Below are positions 19,168 to 29,840 of a DNA stretch of 64,000 bases, piece by piece (positions within the stretch are counted from its first letter, which is position 1; every line of letters begins with the position of its first letter). Source of the DNA: Ignavibacteria bacterium (lineage in GTDB: Bacteria; Bacteroidota; Ignavibacteria; Kapaibacteriales; UBA2268). The position numbers were made by a program, and so were the translations under genes. The notes below the pieces were generated by a model that worked only from the letters and a program-made list of their open reading frames with translations, had not been told where the DNA came from and ran no database searches. The stretch spans positions 209 to 64,208 of the forward strand of contig JAISJI010000064.1 in NCBI GenBank assembly GCA_031261605.1. Direction: 5' to 3'.

Positions 19168-20295
19168 TTAGTATTTCAGATGTATTTTAATTAGTTCGGA
19201 TTGAGAAGCAGTTCTGACAGGTGGTCCCCAGCCACCAATACCGGATGATACAAAGAAATGCGTCATTGTTTTTTGCAGGTATCCGTGTGAAACTTCGTAT
19301 ATTTTGGCTGTGATGAGGTTTATCGGAAAGAATTGTCCGTTGTGCGTATGTCCGGATAATTGTAGTGATACACCGGCATCGACAGCGTTTTGCAAATCAA
19401 ACGGTTGATGGTCTAATAGAATGATTGTCTTGGATTTGTCTAGCATTGATACAACATCTGCAAGTTCCTTTCTATTCTTATCGGTTCTGTCTTTTCTGCC
19501 AGCAACATAGAATTCGCCATTCACCAATATAGAAGAATCTTCTAATACATTGAAACCACATTGGCGATAGTATTCCATTGCTTCGTCCTTTTCTCCACCA
19601 ATATACTCGTGGTTGCCAGATATAACGAATACACCGTATTTTGCTTTTATTTGTCTCAACTCTTCATCCATTTTTTGCTCCTTAATTGGATACATAGACA
19701 TATCTTTAATATCTCCACATAGGCATACAATATCGGGCTCTTCGGCATTGATTGCATTCACAAACTTAGCGAGCGTCTGCTTATCAACCGTGTAGCCCAA
19801 GTGTAAATCACTAACTTGGACGATGTTAAGTTGTTTGGTCGGTTGCGAATTTAGCGAAATAGTTAGTTCCCTTACTTCTGTATTAAAGAAATTATATTGT
19901 CCGATACAATAGAGAATAGTGATGATGGCGAACATAGAGACGCACACAACAAATTTCACAAATTTGTAATTATCGGCAATTACTTGCGGTTGCCAATGAA
20001 ATAGGTAGTCGGATAGGTGAACAATATCTATGAGGATAACTGCGAGCAAGGACATTACCAAATAGAATACCCAACTCGCACCAATATAATGGATTACAGA
20101 GGTCAGTTGGAATGGTAAATTTTGTCCGAATAATTGGCTAGCGATGTAGGACAAACTGAGTAGGATTAGTATAACTAAGACGGGGATTTTTGTAGTTGGA
20201 AAAATTTCTAATGCTCGCCATATATGTGAATAGACATAGTAGTGCAGCAATATATAGACAATGAAGATAAAAACGAATGGCATAATTGATTTCAT
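19168..20295 (-). CDS. membrane-anchored metallophosphoesterase (YkuE/YaeI-like)
   Basis: SDLHLG, GDIKD, GNHE, LDHQP, SGHTHNGQ; N-terminal TMs; ATG 20295 chosen as start. Confidence 0.9.
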   Translation of the reverse strand: MKSIMPFVFIFIVYILLHYYVYSHIWRALEIFPTTKIPVLVILILLSLSYIASQLFGQNLPFQLTSVIHYIGASWVFYLVMSLLAVILIDIVHLSDYLFHWQPQVIADNYKFVKFVVCVSMFAIITILYCIGQYNFFNTEVRELTISLNSQPTKQLNIVQVSDLHLGYTVDKQTLAKFVNAINAEEPDIVCLCGDIKDMSMYPIKEQKMDEELRQIKAKYGVFVISGNHEYIGGEKDEAMEYYRQCGFNVLEDSSILVNGEFYVAGRKDRTDKNRKELADVVSMLDKSKTIILLDHQPFDLQNAVDAGVSLQLSGHTHNGQFFPINLITAKIYEVSHGYLQKTMTHFFVSSGIGGWGPPVRTASQSELIKIHLKY

Positions 20296-20386
20296 ATAAA
20301 ATAGATTAATATATCGCAAAAATAATGAATATTTATTATATTTGATACCACTAACAATAATTTATACAATTTAATTGGAGAAAATA

Positions 20387-21154
20387 ATGAAAATTTCAGG
20401 AAAAAACATATTGATTACAGGGGCATCATCAGGTATTGGCGAGGCGTGTGCTATTGCATTTGCGGAAGCGGGATGTAACCTCATTCTCACTGCTCGCCGT
20501 AAGAGCAGATTAGATGCTCTTGCAAAAGAACTAGCTGTTAAGCATTCTATACAGGTTCATACTATTGGACTTGATGTGCGTAATTATGCAGAAGTAGAGA
20601 ATTCTCTCAACCACCTTCCATCTAATTTTCAAACAATAGACATACTTATCAATAATGCCGGAAAAGCACTCGGAGTAGAAAAACTGCAAGATGGTCTTTT
20701 GGAAAATTGGGAAGAGATGATAGATACCAATGTGAAAGGATTGCTTTATGTATCGCGAGTTGTGTTGCCGAAAATGCTTGAACGCAATGAAGGTATGGTT
20801 ATCAACATTGGCTCTATTGCTGGTCACGAAGTGTATCCCGGTGGGAATGTATATTGTGCTACAAAGCACGCTGTAAAGGCGATTTCAAAGGGAATGATGA
20901 TGGATGTAAATGGAACGAATATACGCATTACATCTATTGACCCAGGAATGGTGAATACCGAGTTTTCGTTAGTTCGCTACAAAGGCGATAATGAAAAGGC
21001 AAATGTAGTTTATAATGGTCTTGCTCCCCTACTTGGAGCGGATATAGCAGAGATAGCGCTCTTTGCAGCAACACGTCCAGCGAATGTAGATTTGCAGACG
21101 ATAGTTGTTACTCCAACAGCACAAGCATCAGCATCTATCGTTAGTCGAAAGTAA
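20387..21154 (+). CDS. short-chain dehydrogenase (YdfG-like, NADP-dependent)
   Basis: TGASSGIG, NNAG, YCATK. Confidence 0.92.
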   Translation: MKISGKNILITGASSGIGEACAIAFAEAGCNLILTARRKSRLDALAKELAVKHSIQVHTIGLDVRNYAEVENSLNHLPSNFQTIDILINNAGKALGVEKLQDGLLENWEEMIDTNVKGLLYVSRVVLPKMLERNEGMVINIGSIAGHEVYPGGNVYCATKHAVKAISKGMMMDVNGTNIRITSIDPGMVNTEFSLVRYKGDNEKANVVYNGLAPLLGADIAEIALFAATRPANVDLQTIVVTPTAQASASIVSRK

Positions 21155-21167
21155 GATGGAGAGCGAG

Positions 21168-22523
21168 TTAGGTGTTTGCTGCTTCAATTTCGTATGGGAA
21201 GCCATTTTTCTTGAGCCACGATTTAATTTGGTTGATATATTTATTTGGAGGTGGAGAGATAATTAAGAAATCTATGAAGTCCTTAGCCGCCTCTTCAAAT
21301 TTATTTAGCGAGCGATATGCTAATGCCCTATTTAAGTATGCTTGTTGCAACTCTGGTTTAATTTCTAAAGCGGCTGTAAAGTCCTCAATCGCTTTATTTG
21401 TATATTTCATTTTCATAAACGCAATGCCACGCGAAATGTATGCTTGGTAGTACTTTGGATTAACCCCAATAGTTCGCGAGAAATATTTTATGGCTTCTTT
21501 GTAGTCCTCTAAGTTGGTGTAGCAAGCAGCAATAGAGAAATATACTGATTGGAATTTTGGGTCAATTTCAATGGCTTTCTGGTAATCCAGTATTGCTTCG
21601 TCATACTTACCAATATTGAATTCGGAGTTTGCTCTATTTAAGTATAAGCCGGCATCATCAGGGTCTAATGAAATTGCTTTAGAGTAATCTGCGATAGCAG
21701 CTTCAAAATTTTTTAATTGGAAATTGCAGTATGCCCTACTTACGTAACTTTTTTTATCCTCAATTTTCAGTTTAATCAATCTATCAATATCGTCGATGGC
21801 TTTTTCAAAATGCTTGAGTCGTATATCTAATATGGCTCGGTATTGGTATGCAAGTTTATTGGTTGGGTTGAGAGTTATTGTTCTATCAAAATCTAAGAGT
21901 GCTTCTTCCGTGTTTCCGGTGTTAGTTAGACATATTGCACGCGACAAGAATGCTCGCTCATTGTCAGGGTCAATGTTAATTGCTTTTCCAAAATCCACAA
22001 TAGCATTTCCAAAATCCTTTTTCATAAAATGGGCATTTGCTCTATAGAAGTATGCAGATGCAGGAATATCCTCAAAGCCGATAGCGTAGGTTAAATCAGA
22101 TATGGCATTGTCGTATTCTTTAAGTATGGAATAGCAATATCCACGCTTAGAGTAGATGTGTTTCAAATCAGGGTTAAGAATAATTGCCTTAGTTAAGTCC
22201 TCAATGGCAACTCTGTATTGTTTAAGTTCAAGATATGATAATCCGCGTTTGTAGTATGCAAATGAGAACTCAGGGGACAATGATATGGAACTATTGAAGT
22301 CGGCAATAGCATCACTAATTTTGTCCGTTTGCATATATACTTGTCCGCGTTTGAAATATGCGAAGCTTGCTTTAGTGTCTGCTTTAATGGCAGCAGAGTA
22401 GCATTCTAATGCTTTTTCGTAATTTCCATTTTTCTTAAATTCATCACCTTTGGACATTAAGGTTTTTGCTTCTTTTAATTTATCTGGTAATTGCATTGTT
22501 ATTTGGTGTATAGTTTCATACAT
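21168..22523 (-). CDS. tetratricopeptide-repeat protein
   Basis: About 12 tandem 34-aa AY..RG...AI.DF.KAI.L.P repeats. Confidence 0.9.
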   Translation of the reverse strand: MYETIHQITMQLPDKLKEAKTLMSKGDEFKKNGNYEKALECYSAAIKADTKASFAYFKRGQVYMQTDKISDAIADFNSSISLSPEFSFAYYKRGLSYLELKQYRVAIEDLTKAIILNPDLKHIYSKRGYCYSILKEYDNAISDLTYAIGFEDIPASAYFYRANAHFMKKDFGNAIVDFGKAINIDPDNERAFLSRAICLTNTGNTEEALLDFDRTITLNPTNKLAYQYRAILDIRLKHFEKAIDDIDRLIKLKIEDKKSYVSRAYCNFQLKNFEAAIADYSKAISLDPDDAGLYLNRANSEFNIGKYDEAILDYQKAIEIDPKFQSVYFSIAACYTNLEDYKEAIKYFSRTIGVNPKYYQAYISRGIAFMKMKYTNKAIEDFTAALEIKPELQQAYLNRALAYRSLNKFEEAAKDFIDFLIISPPPNKYINQIKSWLKKNGFPYEIEAANT

Positions 22524-22614
22524 ATAATTATCGGCAAATTACATTTTTTATGCAACTTATTTCCTACATTTTAGTATATTGTCAATAATTAGTAATACAA
22601 ATATAGAAAAAAAA

Positions 22615-23802
22615 ATGGACTTAACCGCAATACAGACAGCATTAACAAAAGAAGGAATAGATGGCTGGCTATTCTATGATTTTCATAATCGCGATGCTAT
22701 CGCAGCACGGATATTGAATATGGATACGAAACGTTTTGCTTCACGTCGTTGGTTCTACTATATTCCTGCAAAGGGCGAGCCACAGAAACTCGTGCATAGT
22801 ATTGAGCCGTGGCGTTGCGACCACTTACCGGGTAAGAAGAACATTTACTTACCTTGGCAACAGCAGCAGCAATCACTAAAAGACATTCTTTGTAATGCAA
22901 AAAAGGTTGCTATGCAATACTCCCCAAACAACGCAATACCTTATGTGTCTATCGTAGATGGTGGCACAATAGATTTGGTTAGAAGTTTTGGAGTGGAAGT
23001 TGTTACGAGTGCCAATCTTGTTAGCGTATTTGAATCGCATCTCTCTATGGATGACTATAAGAGCCATTGTAGAGCCGGTGAATCTATGCAATACATTAAG
23101 GATTCTGCCTTTGAGGAAATTGCACGCCGTATCAAATCGGGTAATAATCCTACAGAATATGAGATATATGAGTATATGATTGGCTTATACAAAGAGCAAA
23201 ATATGGTATGCGAGGATGGTCCTATTGTTGCTGTAAATGAGCACGCTGCAGACCCACATTTCGAGCCGCAACAGAGTGATACTCGCAAAATACAAGAAGG
23301 CGATTTAGTGCTTATAGACCTTTGGGCGAAGAAAAATGAACCAGGTTCTATCTATTATGACATTACTTGGATGGGCTATGTTGGAACATCTATACCAGAA
23401 AAAATAGATGCAATTTTCCAAATAGCGCGCAGTGGTAGAGAGGCAGCCGTTGCATTGGTTAGAGAGCGTTTTGCAAAGAAGCAGGAAGTATGCGGTATGG
23501 AAGTTGATGATGCTTGTCGTAAGGTCATTACTGATGCTGGCTATGGTCAATATTTCATACATAGGACGGGGCATAATATTGGTGAGGAAGTTCATGGAAA
23601 TGGTTGTCATATTGATAATTTGGAGACGAAGGATGAGCGTGTAATTATTCCAGGAACTTGCTTTTCAATAGAGCCGGGGATATATATGCCTGAGCAAAAA
23701 ATTGGTTTTAGAACAGAAATAGATGTCTTTGTGACTGACGAATGCAAAGTAGAAATCTTTGGCAAGCAACAAGAGCAGATAATACCAATAATGAACTTAT
23801 AG
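22615..23802 (+). CDS. M24 family (Xaa-Pro) peptidase
   Basis: LIDLWAK, YYDITW, HRTGHNIG, FSIEPGIY, GFRTEID. Confidence 0.9.
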   Translation: MDLTAIQTALTKEGIDGWLFYDFHNRDAIAARILNMDTKRFASRRWFYYIPAKGEPQKLVHSIEPWRCDHLPGKKNIYLPWQQQQQSLKDILCNAKKVAMQYSPNNAIPYVSIVDGGTIDLVRSFGVEVVTSANLVSVFESHLSMDDYKSHCRAGESMQYIKDSAFEEIARRIKSGNNPTEYEIYEYMIGLYKEQNMVCEDGPIVAVNEHAADPHFEPQQSDTRKIQEGDLVLIDLWAKKNEPGSIYYDITWMGYVGTSIPEKIDAIFQIARSGREAAVALVRERFAKKQEVCGMEVDDACRKVITDAGYGQYFIHRTGHNIGEEVHGNGCHIDNLETKDERVIIPGTCFSIEPGIYMPEQKIGFRTEIDVFVTDECKVEIFGKQQEQIIPIMNL

Positions 23803-23810
23803 CAGATAAA

Positions 23811-24833
23811 GTGAGAGTTATCAATAAGTTAATAATATCACGGACGGATGGAATTGGCGATGTTGTTTTGACATTGCCTTTGCTGGGTGCAATCAAAAAG
23901 TTGCATCCATCTGTGCATATAGTTTTTCTTGGACGCAAATATACTTCGGATGTTATAAAAAAATGCGAATATGTGGATGAATTTATTGATTTTAATGAAA
24001 TCGAGCGAGAAGTTTTATCTCAACAAATAGATAGTATTAAATCAATTCAAGCAGATGCGATATTTCATATATTTCCAAATAAGGATATAGCCCGTATTGC
24101 TAAGTATGCAGGAATGCCGCTGCGTGTAGGAACGAAAAGTCGTTGGTATCATTGGCTTTATTGCAATAAGTTGCTAAATATATCTCGTAAAAATTCTGTT
24201 TTGCACGAGGCGCAACTGAATTTGCTATTTACACAGGTATTTGAGAATCGTAAAGTGTATGAACTAATTGATATTCCATCATATTACGGATTTTCAAGAA
24301 TAAATATTCACGCAAATTTACTCCAATATATTGATAATTCTAAATTTAATTTAATTATACATCCGAAATCAAAAGGTAGTAGCAGAGAATGGAATTTGGA
24401 TAACTATAATGAATTGATACACTTACTTCCACAGGATAGATATAAAATATTCATTACTGGAACGGCAGCAGAAAAATCTATTATACAAAGTAAAGTTGCG
24501 ATAAATCAGCCGAATGTTGTTGATTTAGTTGGAGATACTACACTTTCGGAATTGATTGAATTTATTAGTCATTGCGATGGGCTTGTTGCTACGAGCACTG
24601 GAACGCTACATATTGCGGCGATGGCTGGTATTCATACTATTGGGCTGTATCCGCCGATACGTCCTCTTTTTCCGCAACGCTGGGCTCCAATTGGAGTAAA
24701 TGCAAGGTATTTGGTTAATGGTTCCGAAAAGTGTAACCTCTGCAAAAACAATAAGATATGCCATTGTATTAATTCAATTACTCCGACTGAGATAGCAAAT
24801 GTATTGAATAATTTGAAAATAATACATAAATAA
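23811..24833 (+). CDS. GT9 LPS heptosyltransferase-like glycosyltransferase
   Basis: RTDGIGDVVLTLP, IHP..KGSSREW, STGTLHIAA; GTG start inferred. Confidence 0.85.
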   Translation: MRVINKLIISRTDGIGDVVLTLPLLGAIKKLHPSVHIVFLGRKYTSDVIKKCEYVDEFIDFNEIEREVLSQQIDSIKSIQADAIFHIFPNKDIARIAKYAGMPLRVGTKSRWYHWLYCNKLLNISRKNSVLHEAQLNLLFTQVFENRKVYELIDIPSYYGFSRINIHANLLQYIDNSKFNLIIHPKSKGSSREWNLDNYNELIHLLPQDRYKIFITGTAAEKSIIQSKVAINQPNVVDLVGDTTLSELIEFISHCDGLVATSTGTLHIAAMAGIHTIGLYPPIRPLFPQRWAPIGVNARYLVNGSEKCNLCKNNKICHCINSITPTEIANVLNNLKIIHK

Positions 24834-24843
24834 CTATAAGTAT

Positions 24844-25602
24844 ATGAAATTACTATCGGTTGCGATAATTACTCTGAATGAGGAGAAGAATTTGGATAGG
24901 ACGCTGGCATCTATTCATTCGCTTGCTGATGAGATAATTATTGTGGATAGCGGTTCTACAGATAAAACGCAAGAAGTCGCTGAAAAATATGGTGCTACGT
25001 TCATTAAGCAAGAATGGCTTGGTTATGGGAAACAACGAAATCTCGCATTTTCACACTGCACGGGTAAATGGATACTGTGTATAGATGCAGACGAAGTTGT
25101 TTCTGAAACGTTATATAACAATATAAATCAAATAATTAATTCTGATTTAGAAGAAAAAATATTTGAAATAAATCGTAAGGCATTTTGCTTCAACAAATTA
25201 ATTAAATACGGCGATTGGGCAAATTCTTATGCAATACGCTTATTTCAAAGGGGATGCGGTTTATTTGATGAGAAAGAGGTTCACGAATCGTTTATAACTG
25301 ATTGTAATATCCGTAAGTTAGACAAGAACTCATATTTATTACACTATTCATACAATAGTGTATTTGACTATTTGGAGCGATTTAACAAATATACTACTCT
25401 TAGTGCGAACGAGTTAGCAAAAAGTGGCAAGAATGCAAAAAATTCTAAAATGGTTTTTTCGCCCATATTTTCTTTTCTCAAGAGCTACATTTTCAAATTG
25501 GGCTTTTTGGATGGAGTTGTTGGCTTTGTGATTTCCGTTTTGAGTGCTATTTATCCGTTGGTGAAATATTTCAAATTGAGAGAAATACGACAGCAGAATT
25601 AG
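24844..25602 (+). CDS. GT2 glycosyltransferase (WaaE/KdtX-like)
   Basis: IITLNEE, VDSGSTD, WLGYGKQRN, IDADE, KLGFLDG. Confidence 0.9.
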   Translation: MKLLSVAIITLNEEKNLDRTLASIHSLADEIIIVDSGSTDKTQEVAEKYGATFIKQEWLGYGKQRNLAFSHCTGKWILCIDADEVVSETLYNNINQIINSDLEEKIFEINRKAFCFNKLIKYGDWANSYAIRLFQRGCGLFDEKEVHESFITDCNIRKLDKNSYLLHYSYNSVFDYLERFNKYTTLSANELAKSGKNAKNSKMVFSPIFSFLKSYIFKLGFLDGVVGFVISVLSAIYPLVKYFKLREIRQQN

Positions 25603-25692
25603 CAAAATTTTTCCACAACAGCCACAAAACACATAAAAATTGGTAATAATTAGTTATATTTAAAGTTCTTTTATTAAAATTATATTGATACA

Positions 25693-28383
25693 ATGTCAAA
25701 AGATAATAAACATACCACCCAACGTAATGTTCCAAAACCGGTAGCGTCTCCTGCGGGCAAGCCACTGATACCAGAGAAATATCAAAATCCATTAGCAGTG
25801 CTATTGCTGGGTTTGCTGTTACTAATATTTTTTAGTTCGGCAATATTCAATGGAAGTTTCTATGGTTCGAGTGATGCTATAAGTGGTGCGAGCTTTGAGA
25901 AATATCTTGATGCACCGGGAGAATTTCCATTGTGGCAGCCGTATATTTTTGGTGGAATGCCAGGGTTTGGAGCGATGATGGGAGCAGCCGAACGTCATTG
26001 GGATATTACGGTTACGATTGTGCATTATGGTGGGCTGTTTTTGAAGACGATATTTAATAGCCAGACAGCCAATATGCTAATATGGTATATCATACTTGCG
26101 GCTGGAATGTATTATTTGATGCGGCAACACAAGCAAGGTAAATTGATTTCGTTCTTTGTGGCGGCTGCGATGGTGCTGGGAACAGGAGTTGCGATTTGGG
26201 TAATGATAGGACATAATTCTAAGCCGATGACCTTTGCAACGGTGCCGTGGATATTCTTTATGATGGAGAAAATTAAGGAACGTTGTTCGCTATTAAATAT
26301 AGTGGTGCTTGCTATATTGATGCACATAATGCTTGCCGGTGGACACGTGCAAATGGAATTTTATGCAGGGTGCGCTGTTGCTATTTATTTAATTGTGGAT
26401 TTGCTGACGTTGCTTGCAAAGAAGGAAAATTGGATGTCTGTGATTAAGTTAGTTGGCGTATTTGTTATTGCTACTGGTTTTGCTTTTCTGATGTCTGCGG
26501 ATAGATATTTATCGGTATTGGAGTATAATACTTATTCTACACGCGGCTCAGCACCAATAACGGAGCGAGTTCATTCGGATAATAACGAGAAGTCAGTTAG
26601 CGGAAAACTAACGCAGAAAGATTACGAATATGCTACAATGTGGTCTAACTCGCCAGATGAGATGATAGATATGTTTAATCCATCGTATCATGGCTTTGGT
26701 AGAGTAAAGTATTCAGGGCAATTAACTGGGAATCAAGAGACACGCATTTCTACATATTGGGGGCAAAAGCCATTTGAAGATGCAACTCCGTATATGGGAG
26801 CAACGGTTCTCTTCCTTGCGTTAATTGGTATTGTTCGCTACTTTAAGAGTAATAGTTTTGTGATGGCGATGACCATTACAGCAGCATTTGGTTTGTTAAT
26901 TTCCTTTGGATATACTTTTCCAATTTTGTATGATGTGTTTTTCTATCATTTCCCTAAGTTCAGCAGTTTTAGAGCGCCGTCAATGTCGCTTGTTCTATTG
27001 CACTTTACAATGCCAATATTAGCGGCATTTGGCTTATCTGCGTTGTGCGAAATGCGAGAGAAGTTTGGTAGTTATAAGCAGTTGCAGAAAGAAGATAAGT
27101 TGTCGGTAAATGTGTTCTTTATAGCGGTTGGTTTGTTCTTTATATGTGGATTAATCTTCGCAGCCGGATTTGAGAGTTCTTATATAAGCGATGTATCCAA
27201 TTCACCATTACGTCAATATGGTGAGCAAGTGCTTCCAATGCTTACTCCTGTTATATATGACAATGCTGTAAGCGATTGGATGTTTATAGGTTTGCTTTGC
27301 TTGATAGTGGCAGGTCTTACTTACTTCTTCATAAATAGGAAGTTAACTTCGCAAAGTTTTATAATATGTGTAATATTGCTTATGGTGATAGATTTATGGC
27401 GAGTGTCAAATAGAGCAATGGACCCAGTAGATAAGCAGATGGAAGCAACACCATTTCCACGGACAGATATAATAGATTATATACAACAGGAGCAGAGAGA
27501 AACCGGCGAAAGATATAGAATTTGCGATATGTCATCACAAGTGGCGAATTCAGATGCATACTATTTCATAGAGAATGTGAATGGATATTTCCCAGCTAAG
27601 TTACGAGTATTCCAAGATATGATGGATGTATTGTGTGATGGCTCTACTTCAACAGTGACTAATCCTTTTATGTGGAATTTGATGAATGCTAAGTATATTA
27701 TTACTTCGCAAAAACTAAGCGGTGGTATTGAGCCAATGTTCCAGTCGCAACAAAGCGGTGCATACGTGTATTATAATCCGTCTTACTGCAAGCGCGCATA
27801 TTTTATTGATAGCGTGAAGGTTGCCGATGATTGGACTATATTGCAGAATATTAAGAAAAATGCGTATAATCCGAAGGTGGTAGCGTATGTTGAGAAGGAA
27901 TTAGCAGCACAAGTTGTCCCAAGCCATAGTTATAGTGCGGAGATGCTGGAGATACAAAAATTGATACGCGAACGCGATTCCACAGTTGAATTTGATGATT
28001 CACTTAATGCTATACTAGGTGGCGATGCTAATGAATTTGCGCCAACGGTTAAGGTATCTGAATATAAGAATGAATATATAAAGATAGAAACAGAAAGCAA
28101 TGCACAGCATTTGCTTGTGGTATCAGAAATGTATTATCCGATTGGCTGGAAAGCGTATATAGATGGGACAGAGACAGAAATCTATAAGACAAATTTCGCG
28201 TTCCGCTCTATTGTAGTTCCATCTGGCGAGCATAAAATAGAATTCAAATTCACTTCGGACAAATTTGAGTTGGGCAGAACTTTGAGTGCAGCGTTCAATA
28301 TTGTTGTGATATTGGCACTTATTGTTGGAATATTGTTAGAACGCAAAAAGAAAAAAACAATAACGAATAATCAAACTAATTAA
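25693..28383 (+). CDS. YfhO-family membrane protein (GT-C fold)
   Basis: PLWQPYIFGGMP, YWGQKPF, SEMYYP.GWKAYIDG; many TMs. Confidence 0.88.
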   Translation: MSKDNKHTTQRNVPKPVASPAGKPLIPEKYQNPLAVLLLGLLLLIFFSSAIFNGSFYGSSDAISGASFEKYLDAPGEFPLWQPYIFGGMPGFGAMMGAAERHWDITVTIVHYGGLFLKTIFNSQTANMLIWYIILAAGMYYLMRQHKQGKLISFFVAAAMVLGTGVAIWVMIGHNSKPMTFATVPWIFFMMEKIKERCSLLNIVVLAILMHIMLAGGHVQMEFYAGCAVAIYLIVDLLTLLAKKENWMSVIKLVGVFVIATGFAFLMSADRYLSVLEYNTYSTRGSAPITERVHSDNNEKSVSGKLTQKDYEYATMWSNSPDEMIDMFNPSYHGFGRVKYSGQLTGNQETRISTYWGQKPFEDATPYMGATVLFLALIGIVRYFKSNSFVMAMTITAAFGLLISFGYTFPILYDVFFYHFPKFSSFRAPSMSLVLLHFTMPILAAFGLSALCEMREKFGSYKQLQKEDKLSVNVFFIAVGLFFICGLIFAAGFESSYISDVSNSPLRQYGEQVLPMLTPVIYDNAVSDWMFIGLLCLIVAGLTYFFINRKLTSQSFIICVILLMVIDLWRVSNRAMDPVDKQMEATPFPRTDIIDYIQQEQRETGERYRICDMSSQVANSDAYYFIENVNGYFPAKLRVFQDMMDVLCDGSTSTVTNPFMWNLMNAKYIITSQKLSGGIEPMFQSQQSGAYVYYNPSYCKRAYFIDSVKVADDWTILQNIKKNAYNPKVVAYVEKELAAQVVPSHSYSAEMLEIQKLIRERDSTVEFDDSLNAILGGDANEFAPTVKVSEYKNEYIKIETESNAQHLLVVSEMYYPIGWKAYIDGTETEIYKTNFAFRSIVVPSGEHKIEFKFTSDKFELGRTLSAAFNIVVILALIVGILLERKKKKTITNNQTN

Positions 28384-28418
28384 ATATTAATTTAACTAAA
28401 CAAAATAGGCGTATTTTT

Positions 28419-29564
28419 ATGCAATCTAAAGATATAATATCAAATTTTCCGAATAATTTAGGAAAAACAAATTTTATCGGTAACCTAACATTGGAAACAA
28501 TAAAAAATATTGATTCTGATTATATGTATTCTCAACTTACGGAATATTGGGATAACTTTTCAAGTGCAATCAATGAAGCCAATGCAATACGAGAGGATGC
28601 TGTGTTCTTTGATGCAGATACCGATATTCAACCCGATAAAATTCTTATTTTTGGGATTGGTGGTTCTGCTGTAAGTGGCGAAATTTATCGCTCTTATCTT
28701 AAGTATATATTAGCAGACAAATGCCCCATTATAGAAATATGCAGAGGCACTGAAATGCCGAATCGTATCACGCAGAACACACACGTCTATATTTGTTCAT
28801 ATTCTGGAAATACAGAAGAGACGTTGTCGGCTATGAGTAAGGTGGAGAAATTCACTACTAATATAATGGCAATTACCTCTGGGGGAACGCTTGCAGATAT
28901 TTGCGAAGAAAGAAATTATCCGGTTCTGTTTATGCCAACGGATATGATGCCGAGATGTGCAATATACTATTCCCTATTTCGTTTAATTATCTCTACACTT
29001 AGAAAGTTCAATATTGATTGGCATACACATAGTTACATAACCAATTCCATAGAACACATATTGAAGGATAATGATAGGACCTTATGCGACTATTCCATAT
29101 TGGACGATAACAATATGGCGATAGCAATAGCTCGCATATTGCACAACAAAATTCCATTAATCTATACAGCGCAATGTAGATTAGAAGCGGTTAATTTACG
29201 TTGGAAGGCACAGATACAAGAAAACGCTAACCAATTATGCTTCGGCAACTTCTTCCCAGAGTTAAACCATAATGAAATCAATAGTTGGTGCTTTCCTGCC
29301 AATATGATTGATAAATTTGTTGTTGTTGTGATGAAAGACCCTGAGGATGATAAGGAATTGAATAATAGAATTGACAATAGTATGAAATTTCTGAAAGAAA
29401 AGGGAATAAGTGTGATTGAGATTCCGGCTCCGACAGGTGATTTATTTGAACGCATTATTAGGTTAATTTGTTTGGGCGATTGGGTAAGTTTCTATCTTGC
29501 AATAATGAATAACGTAGACCCAACTCCGATACCACTTATATCAGAATTAAAAAATAGGAAATAG
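28419..29564 (+). CDS. bifunctional phosphoglucose/phosphomannose isomerase (SIS domain)
   Basis: GIGGSA, SYSGNTEET, RWKAQIQENA, PELNHNE, DPTPI. Confidence 0.9.
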   Translation: MQSKDIISNFPNNLGKTNFIGNLTLETIKNIDSDYMYSQLTEYWDNFSSAINEANAIREDAVFFDADTDIQPDKILIFGIGGSAVSGEIYRSYLKYILADKCPIIEICRGTEMPNRITQNTHVYICSYSGNTEETLSAMSKVEKFTTNIMAITSGGTLADICEERNYPVLFMPTDMMPRCAIYYSLFRLIISTLRKFNIDWHTHSYITNSIEHILKDNDRTLCDYSILDDNNMAIAIARILHNKIPLIYTAQCRLEAVNLRWKAQIQENANQLCFGNFFPELNHNEINSWCFPANMIDKFVVVVMKDPEDDKELNNRIDNSMKFLKEKGISVIEIPAPTGDLFERIIRLICLGDWVSFYLAIMNNVDPTPIPLISELKNRK

Positions 29565-29573
29565 CGTAAAAAT

Positions 29574-29840
29574 ATGAAATATATAATAACTACTATACTA
29601 TTTATATGTATTAGCACTGCTCCGTTGTGCAATGTTGCGTTTTGCGAAAGTGGGCAAATGACAGATTCTATCGCAATACATAGCATAGATACGCTTAATA
29701 GAGATAGTGTTATTTATCAAATGGATACGCTACAACAAACTAAGTCGCTGTCTACTTGGGAGAAATACATAGAGCCAGCAATAGCAGTAGTATCAGCAGC
29801 ATTAGTAACAATTCTATTTTTCACAGTAAGAAGTAAATAA
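29574..29840 (+). CDS. hypothetical small membrane protein
   Basis: Signal-like N-terminus and C-terminal TM IEPAIAVVSAALVTILFFTVRSK; stop overlaps the holB start. Confidence 0.7.
   Translation: MKYIITTILFICISTAPLCNVAFCESGQMTDSIAIHSIDTLNRDSVIYQMDTLQQTKSLSTWEKYIEPAIAVVSAALVTILFFTVRSK

Noticed and set aside
21168-22523. Repetitive protein as a possible DNA repeat array or CRISPR
   Set aside because: Repeats are at the amino-acid level (TPR); I saw no identical spaced DNA repeats or cas genes anywhere in the window
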